A stretch of 64,000 nt of DNA from Octopus vulgaris (Eukaryota): the NCBI GenBank assembly GCA_951406725.2, contig OX597820.1, positions 108,624,001 through 108,688,000 on the forward strand. The letters are read 5' to 3'. A model generated the notes under the pieces. The model ran no database searches. It worked only from the letters and a program-made list of their open reading frames with translations, and was not told the origin of the DNA. Of this stretch, positions 57,061-64,000 are shown piece after piece. Made by a program: the position numbers and the translations under genes. Position 1 is the first letter of the stretch, and each line of letters starts with the position of its first letter.

Positions 57061-57575
57061 AACACCATCAGCAACACAGATGTGAGGAAGAATACAATAC
57101 AAATGTGAGGAAGAAGCGTGAGTTATTATGTACATATATAATGCAGAAATGAAGTAAAACATGCAGAAGTGGGTACACAGATGAGTAAGATAGTTAGCAG
57201 CTAGTTAGTTTCACACACAGGTCCACGACCTTCACCTCTCCAGGTAGGAACTGAAATACAGAATGAGAAAATGTATATAGTGTTTAACAGATAAAATGAT
57301 ATTTAAAAAAAAAATGTCCCCTCTTTGATATCATATTCACATGAAACTTTCAATGACATGAAGCCGAATTCTGTAAGTTCCTATTAGGATATGTGTTATA
57401 GTTCTCTTGCTGTTAATTATGTATACTAATTTGAGATTAAAGGAGTGGTCTACAAATGGGAATACCAAATTGAGAAATTATCACCTTAAGCTTTTCATAA
57501 TTTTGCTGAAGATAATGCTAGACTCATTCTGTGCACTGTGTAAGGTAAAGTAACCATAAAGCAGTTTGGTCAAGT

Positions 57576-57967
57576 GGATGGAAGCACTCCGTCGGTTACG
57601 ACGATGAGGGTTCCGGTTGATCCGAATCAAGGGAACAGCCTGCTCGTGAAATTAACGTGTAAGTAGCTGAGCACTCCACAGACATGTGCACCCTTAACGT
57701 AGTTCTCAGGGATATTCAGCGTGACACAGAGAGTGACAAGGCCGGCCCCTTGAAATACACGTACAACAGAAACAGGAAGTAAGAGTGAGAGAAAGTTGTG
57801 GTGAAAGAGTACAGCAGGGATCACCACCATCCCCTGCCAGAGCCTCGTGGAGCTTTTAGGTGTTTTCACTCAATAAACACTCACAACGCCCAGTCTGGGA
57901 ATCGAAACCGCGATCCTATGACCGCGAGTCCGCTGCCCTAACCACTGGGCCATTGCGCCTCCACTCC
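57576..57967 (-). mobile_element. tRNA-derived SINE (family C) with 12-bp TSD
   Basis: A box TGGCCCAGTGG and B box GTTTCGATTCC on the minus strand; TSD GTTTGGTCAAGT at 57564-57575 and 57968-57979. Confidence 0.85.
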
Positions 57968-58477
57968 GTTTGGTCAAGTATGGCTTTGGTCAACATTTGT
58001 TTACTGTTATCTGCTATTCTTGGAAAATGTAAGTTTCATTTATAACCACCTTTCCCATGAAATTGACTATAGCTGAAATAGTTTTTGTAAAAAATATTTT
58101 TTCTCGAAGTCAAAAATGCAGTAAATATTACTAATTGTGCTCCATCTCCTATCATATCCATAAACCTTCCACAGTGCCAGTGTAGTATGTGATCTATGTA
58201 TTATGTTTCTGGCATAGCTTGTGATCTACATTAGTTCAAATGGTATCTACACTGACTTTTGATCTACATTTAAAATTCATATATTTACTCGATATGCAAA
58301 CATTTCAATCTCATTTCATTTGTTGGAAGATTTTAAGATCAAATGAGCAAAATCTCTTTATGTGCTGTATACAAATAGTCACAGTATGTTTCTAATATGA
58401 AATAAAAATCAATAAAAATTTTTCTTTTTCTTTTATTTTTTAAATGTTTAACTCACTCCTCTAATTATAATTGCAAA

Positions 58478-58869
58478 TCTTTATATATAAAAGTGAGGTT
58501 GTGTGCTGTCTGTCTCCTACGATTTAGATTCCTAACTACTCCCACATTTTGCGGTGCAGTTTAACCAAAACCGGGTATCTTATAGTCGTGATTCATATCG
58601 AGCCCTTCTGGGTATTAGCGCGCGTCTACGATGAGTCTACGATTAAAAAAAAAATTTACCATCAATTTTTCCCATTTTTAATGCATTTTTGGCATATATA
58701 AGGGAAGTAACTCTTTAAAATTTATTATTAAATCTCAGAAGGTAAAAAGCTACAGTAACCCCTCCTTTGTGGTTAGCCATATTGAGATGGCTATTATACT
58801 TTACATCTCTAAAAATGCTTATATAGTTATTTCCCTAAAAACCCGAGCAACGCCGGGCGATACTGCTAG
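58478..58869 (+). mobile_element. Non-autonomous Helitron
   Basis: A|TC start, CCCGAGCAACGCCGGG subterminal hairpin, CTAG|T end, no TSD. Confidence 0.85.
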
Positions 58870-59483
58870 TTTATTATAAAATTGATTGTAGATCACAAGC
58901 TAGTCTATATTTTAGTTGCTGTAGATTACTACACCGGCACCCCTTCCCCGTCCTTTAACTTTTAAACTTTTATATTCACGAACCTTTAAAGCTTTCATAC
59001 CTTTGAACCTCAAAAATTTTTATTACCCATCAAAATTAAACCTCCTTCTACTCCTACCTCTATTGTATTTTATATAGCTATTTAATTTTATTTTCTCTCA
59101 TCTTCCTTCCGATCTATCCTACTAATGGCATTACCCTGGTGCCTTATTAAAATCCAACCATGTTGCCTGAGATACACTAACACATTGTCCTTTCTATATC
59201 AATGACAGGTGAGTATCATTGGAAGGAAATTTGGTTGCTATTTGTCGCAAGTTGGGCTACCGTATAGATGTCCTGTTGAAGCATTAATTGCTGAAAGAGC
59301 AACAGATAATAGAAAAGAGTCTCCAATGTCATCCATAGTCGGAATACTGCAATCTGAATCATTACTATTCGCTAACGCTGCTTCCCTAGTCTCAGAACAC
59401 TGAAGCAAATCAAATCTTGTAACTCTATACAATTATTTTAGGGAACGTCACTCGAGAGTTACTTCCCTTAAAGTAATTCCAAG

Positions 59484-59603
59484 ATGGCGCCAAAACAGAA
59501 AAACGCACGCGACGAACTCAAACAAGAAGATATACTTCAAGCTGTTTTGCTTGCTGATAGTTTTAATTACAGATTTTCACCAATTACAGAAGAAGTACCC
59601 CGG
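59484..59603 (+). CDS. EIF2B5: Translation initiation factor eIF2B epsilon subunit, first coding exon
   Basis: MAPK...LQAVLLADSFNYRFSPITEEVPR matches the eIF2B-epsilon N-terminal motif (LQAV..ADSF..RF.P.....PR). Phase-0 GT donor at 59604. No later exons seen in the window. Confidence 0.88.
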
Positions 59604-59639
59604 GTAGACCTCAAAACTTTTATTTTCTCTAATGCAATT

Positions 59640-59980
59640 ATTAATTTCAAACTCCATCTGTCTAACACCCGTGGACATGTTTACAAAGTCAGAAAACAGC
59701 ACAGTTCCCATGACTTTCGGAAACATTTTTTCACGCTAAGAGTTGCTGAAGCATGGAACAAACTGCTGGCATCAGTTGTTAGTTGTCGGAGCACTGCATC
59801 CTTCAAAACTTCCATGCTGTCTGAGATTCGTCAACACTACACCTGATTTTCTCCCCTCCATACACACGCAAGCATGTATTTGACTCATACACTGTTCGCT
59901 TTCCAGACATTTGTACATTACTTTATATGCACTTTTGACAAGTTGTGGTGCACCTGAGCACTGTATACAATAATTTCATT
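59640..59980 (+). mobile_element. CR1-type LINE 3' end in EIF2B5 intron 1
   Basis: TRGHVYKV...RKHFFTLRVAEAWNKL C-terminal motif, followed by 3' UTR and microsatellite tail. Confidence 0.8.
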
Positions 59981-59984
59981 ATGA

Positions 59985-60022
<38 letters not shown>

Positions 60023-61101
60023 CATACATACACACACACACACACACATAATATTACCATAGGGGTGGGGGACATAATGTGGATTTTTTACTGCATTTTT
60101 GATTGTGAGACAAAATATATATTTTTTCATAAATGTTCATTACTTTACAAAAATTACACCAACTAAGCAAATGGCAGCGGACAATGTGGGTCGTCACCAT
60201 ACCCGCTTCCATTTGTTTTTTCTACAGAAACCCATTTTCGGCTACGAAGATACCGAATCTGTAAAAAAAAATTGGCGAAGGTAAAGAATACGTATACTCG
60301 GTGGGCATTGCAAAATTTCAATTAACCCCACCTATTTCTTCATCTTTAACTTTTATCAAGAAATTTCTTTGGCTAAATACGTTTAAAAATACGGAGATTA
60401 TGATTCTGAAAAAGAAATTTCTTTTCAATTCAATTTTTCAAAAAAAAGTAATCCCTCCCCCACATCTGACGAATGTACGGCATATGTAGGATGTTTTTAA
60501 ACTGTTTCGGTCATTGCGCATGCGTAGGTTTTTTTAACCCGCGCATTAAATAGGCCTTCAAGCAGTCTCTCCAAATGCTAGAAATAACAGCCAAATCTCC
60601 GATAAACACTACATACTTTGTAAGCATTCGTAAACAAGTGTGCCCCATCGAATTTGTTTCCTCATAACTTTCAGAAAAATGGATATTTTTTAAATAAGAT
60701 TTTCTACATATATTCTTCATACAGTGTAGATTCCGATTACTTCAGAATTTTTGGAAAAAAATTTCCGAACAGTGGGGAGAGGAGTTTCGAAAAATTCTCA
60801 TATTTTCTTCGCAAAATTTTCTTCCTATATGCTCACGTAGTGGACGTTTACATAGGAATTTGTTGGGGGCAAAAAATGCGATAAAATAACGAAAGAAAGG
60901 CGGACAAATGCGATAAAATGACGAAACAAATATGTAATCAATCTACTCACCTTTCTACAAACATGTCTTTCAGAGAAATTTCTCAATGTTAAACGAGGTT
61001 TTCTGGGGGTTTTTTTTGTTATACAAATGAAAGTGTTTTTTCTGCAAAAGGAAACTTGAAATTTACAAAAATATGAGCCGCGCATTTGTTCGAGTTCAAA
61101 T

Positions 61102-61831
61102 AGATCTTTTCTTTTTGAACGGCACTTAGTAACATAATTTCTAGGTAACTAAAAAGTTTTAAACTTCGTATACTGGTAGAATTTTTTTATAAAACACCAT
61201 TTTTTCTTGACTTTATTGAGAAAATACTATATGTTGTAACATATTTCGTCTTTAATTTCAAGCATTTCGGCAATTTTAACCAATCGATTACCTCCATTTA
61301 GGTAAATAACATTCTGTGCATAATGAATATGTCCCTCGTTTAAGAAGCAGATTGGGTTTATTTACATTTGTGAAGAAAAAAGATACCCTTCCCCCACCCC
61401 TAACCCTAACTCAACCATAAATCTAATATAGATTGAAATGCAATAGATCGATACTAGGGCCATAATTATGGGTGACATTTTCATTTGACACCGCTAGAAA
61501 AAAATCCCATTTTCCGTAGTGGTGTCGTATGAAATTGTCACCCATAATTATAACCCTAGTATCGATCTATTGCATTTCAATCTATTTTAGATTTAGGGGT
61601 GGGGGAAGGGTATCTTTTTTTCTTCACGGAATGTTGTTTACGTCAATGGAGGTAATCAGTTGGTTAAAATTGCTGAAATGCTCAAAATTTCAGTCGAAAT
61701 ATCTTACAAACTATAGAATTTTCTCAATAAAGGCAAGAGAAAATAATGTTTTATAAACAGTATACGAAGTTTAAAACTTCTTAGTTACCTAGAAATTATG
61801 TTACAAAGTGCCGTTCAAAAGGAAAAGATCC
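61102..61831. mobile_element. Palindromic MITE with long terminal inverted repeats
   Basis: GATCTTTTC..TTTGAACGGCAC... is inverted at 61831, and the arms extend nearly to the centre. Related fragment at about 16455-16930. Confidence 0.8.
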
Positions 61832-61844
61832 ATATAAATATATA

Positions 61845-64000
61845 AGCCATTAGAGCAAAGAAACAGGCCTGGAAAGCCTGGAGGGATGGGGGTAGCAGGG
61901 AACTGTACCAGGTAGCCAAAAGGGACGCTGGGCGGCAGGTATACATAGCCAAAGATGTAGCAGAAAAGAAGTTTGCCAATGTCCAGCGACGTGAGGACCA
62001 AAGGACTGAGGTATTTCGGATTGCAAGACAGTGTGTGAGAGAAAATAGTGATGTTCCAGGAGAGAAATGTGTCCGAATGGATGATGGTGCATTTCCTTTT
62101 AATGATTGTGAAAAGAAAGAAGCTTGGAGAAGCCATTATGAAAGACTGCTGAATGTGGAGAATGAATGGGAGGAGGAGAGCCTGCCAAATGTTGACCCAG
62201 TAGAGGGACCAGCTATCTGAATGGACAGCTTCCTTGTAGTTAAGGCAATTAAGGGTATGAAACCAGGAAAAGCCCCCGGCCCATCAGGAGTCTCTGCTGA
62301 GATGCTTAAAACAGCTGGTTGTGTGGTCTATGGCCTAGTCACCCGCATTGTAAACCAGGTAGTTCATAATGGAGTCATACCCAATGACTGGCGTAGCAGC
62401 ACCATAGTCAACTGCTACAAGGGTAAAGGTGATGCTCTAGATAGAAATAACTTCTGGGGTATTAAACTGTTGGATCAGGTGATGAAGGTCACAGAGAGGG
62501 TCATAACCCATCTCATTAGGGAGAGAATTTGCTTAGATGAGATGCAGTTCAGTTTTGTGCCGGGTAGAAGCACCACTGATGCTATATTCCTGGTCTGACA
62601 ACTGCAGGAGAAATACCTAGCTAAAGATAAACCCCTCTACATAGCTTTTGTGGACTTGGAGAAAGCCTTTGACAGGGTCCCCCGATCCCTTATCTGATGG
62701 GCGATGCGGAAACTGGAGATTGACGAATGGCTAATAAGGGCTGTACAGGCTCTATACAGAGAGGCTGTCAGCAAGGTTAGGATTGGCAATGAATATAGTG
62801 AAGAATTCCGGGTAGAAGTAGGTGTACACCAAGATTCAGCCCTCAGTCCCCTTTTATTCATCATAGTCCTCCAGGCAGTAACAGAGGAATTCAAAACAGG
62901 TTGCCCCTGGGAGCTCTTCTATGTTGATGACCTGGCTCTCATAGCAGAATCACTACTGGAACTAGAAAAGAAATTTTGGGTGTGGAAACAAGGGTGAGAA
63001 TCAAAGGGCCTTAGAGTAAATGTAGCGAAGACCAAAGTTATAGTATGCAGAAAGGCGAACTCAGCACACACCCCCTTGGGCAGGTGGCCCTGCACGATCT
63101 GTAGGAAAGGTGTAGGTAGAAACTCCATAAGATGTACCCAGTGTAAGCTATGGACGCATAAGAGGTGCAGCAACATCAAAGGGAAATTAACTGATAAGAT
63201 AGCATTCATGTGCGGCAGATGCACAGGGAAAATAGACACCACAGATACTCAGAGAACAGATTCCATCACACTTCAGGGGTAGAAACTAGAAGTAGTTGAT
63301 AGTTTCCGCTACCTAGGTGACCAAGTTAGTAGTGGAGGTGGATGCTCAGAGAGTGTCACCACTAGAATATGAATAGCCTTGGCAAAATTTAGAAAGCTAC
63401 TACCCCTACTGGCGACAGAGGGTCTCTCGCTCAGAGTGAAAGGTAGATTGTATGATGTATGTGTGCGAACTGCCATGCTTCACGGTAGTGAAACATGGGC
63501 TGTGACTGCAGAGGACATGCGTAGACTTGAAAGAAATGAAGCTAACATTATCCGCTGGATGTGTAATGTCAGTATGCACACACGACAGAGTGTAAGCACC
63601 CTGAGAGAAATGCTGGACATAAGCATCAGATGTGGTGTGCAAGAGTGATGTTTCCGATGGTATGGTCATGTACTGCGGATGGATGAGGAGATGTGTGAAG
63701 AAGTGCCGCTCCCAAACAGTTGAAGGTATCAGGGGGAGAGGTAGACCCAGGAAGACATGGGATGAAGTAGTCAAGCATGACCTCAGAGCGTTGGGCCTCA
63801 CAGAGGCAATGACGAAGGACCAATATCTCTGGAGATATGCTGTGACTGCAAAGACCCGGGTTGCTTCCTGCACCAGCTCCTCATAGCCCCATCCCATTCA
63901 AAGTACCTTGGATTTCAGTACAACCCTCTGTGCTTGAGGAGACCTATTGAGTCAAGTACATGAACATCGAAATAAATATCAATGGAAATAGTAGTTGTGA
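61845..64000 (+). mobile_element. RTE LINE (RT domain, decayed), runs off the window
   Basis: KAPGPSG, FVDLEKAFD, GVHQDSALSP, LFYVDDL, C..C..W.H..C zinc motif, MLHGSETW, GRPRKTW. Confidence 0.92.

Noticed and set aside
57895-57967. tRNA-like sequence with A and B boxes
   Set aside because: It is the head of a SINE bounded by a TSD, not a tRNA gene.
59209-59432. Short ORFs head-to-head with EIF2B5
   Set aside because: No recognisable homology, and they partly overlap a dispersed repeat.
60061-61080. Possible DNA transposon in the EIF2B5 intron
   Set aside because: No matching second terminus or TSD could be identified.
61395-61412. CCCTAACCCTAAC telomere-like motif
   Set aside because: Only about 2 units, internal to a MITE.

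Overview
A 64-kb, AT-rich, microsatellite-rich animal genomic window. It is most likely octopus/coleoid cephalopod, inferred from the repeat repertoire and not verified. Most ORF-track entries are (TA)n noise or antisense frames of transposons. Two host genes are recognisable. One is an intronless 345-aa arginine-kinase-like ORF (22800-23837, minus) that has lost most ATP-binding arginines and is a candidate pseudokinase retrogene. The other is exon 1 of eIF2B-epsilon (59484-59603). An NRF1/ETS-type promoter with no assigned gene lies near 32.0 kb. The rest is transposon DNA: RTE LINEs; Penelope-like elements and several short families carrying type I hammerhead ribozymes (two with intact cores); a decayed Helitron and a non-autonomous Helitron; a young CsRn1-clade Gypsy element with both LTRs, plus related solo LTRs, all with CTAN target-site duplications; L1/Tx1-type LINEs; SINEs; a mariner-like relic; and a MITE. 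Highlights: a three-level nest (SINE > Tx1 > Gypsy) with all TSDs readable; a shared SINE/Tx1 3' tail; two twin-priming-type inversions with foreign sequence at the junction; and a 427-bp hammerhead unit resembling a retrozyme. All assignments come from reading motifs by eye; no database search was run.
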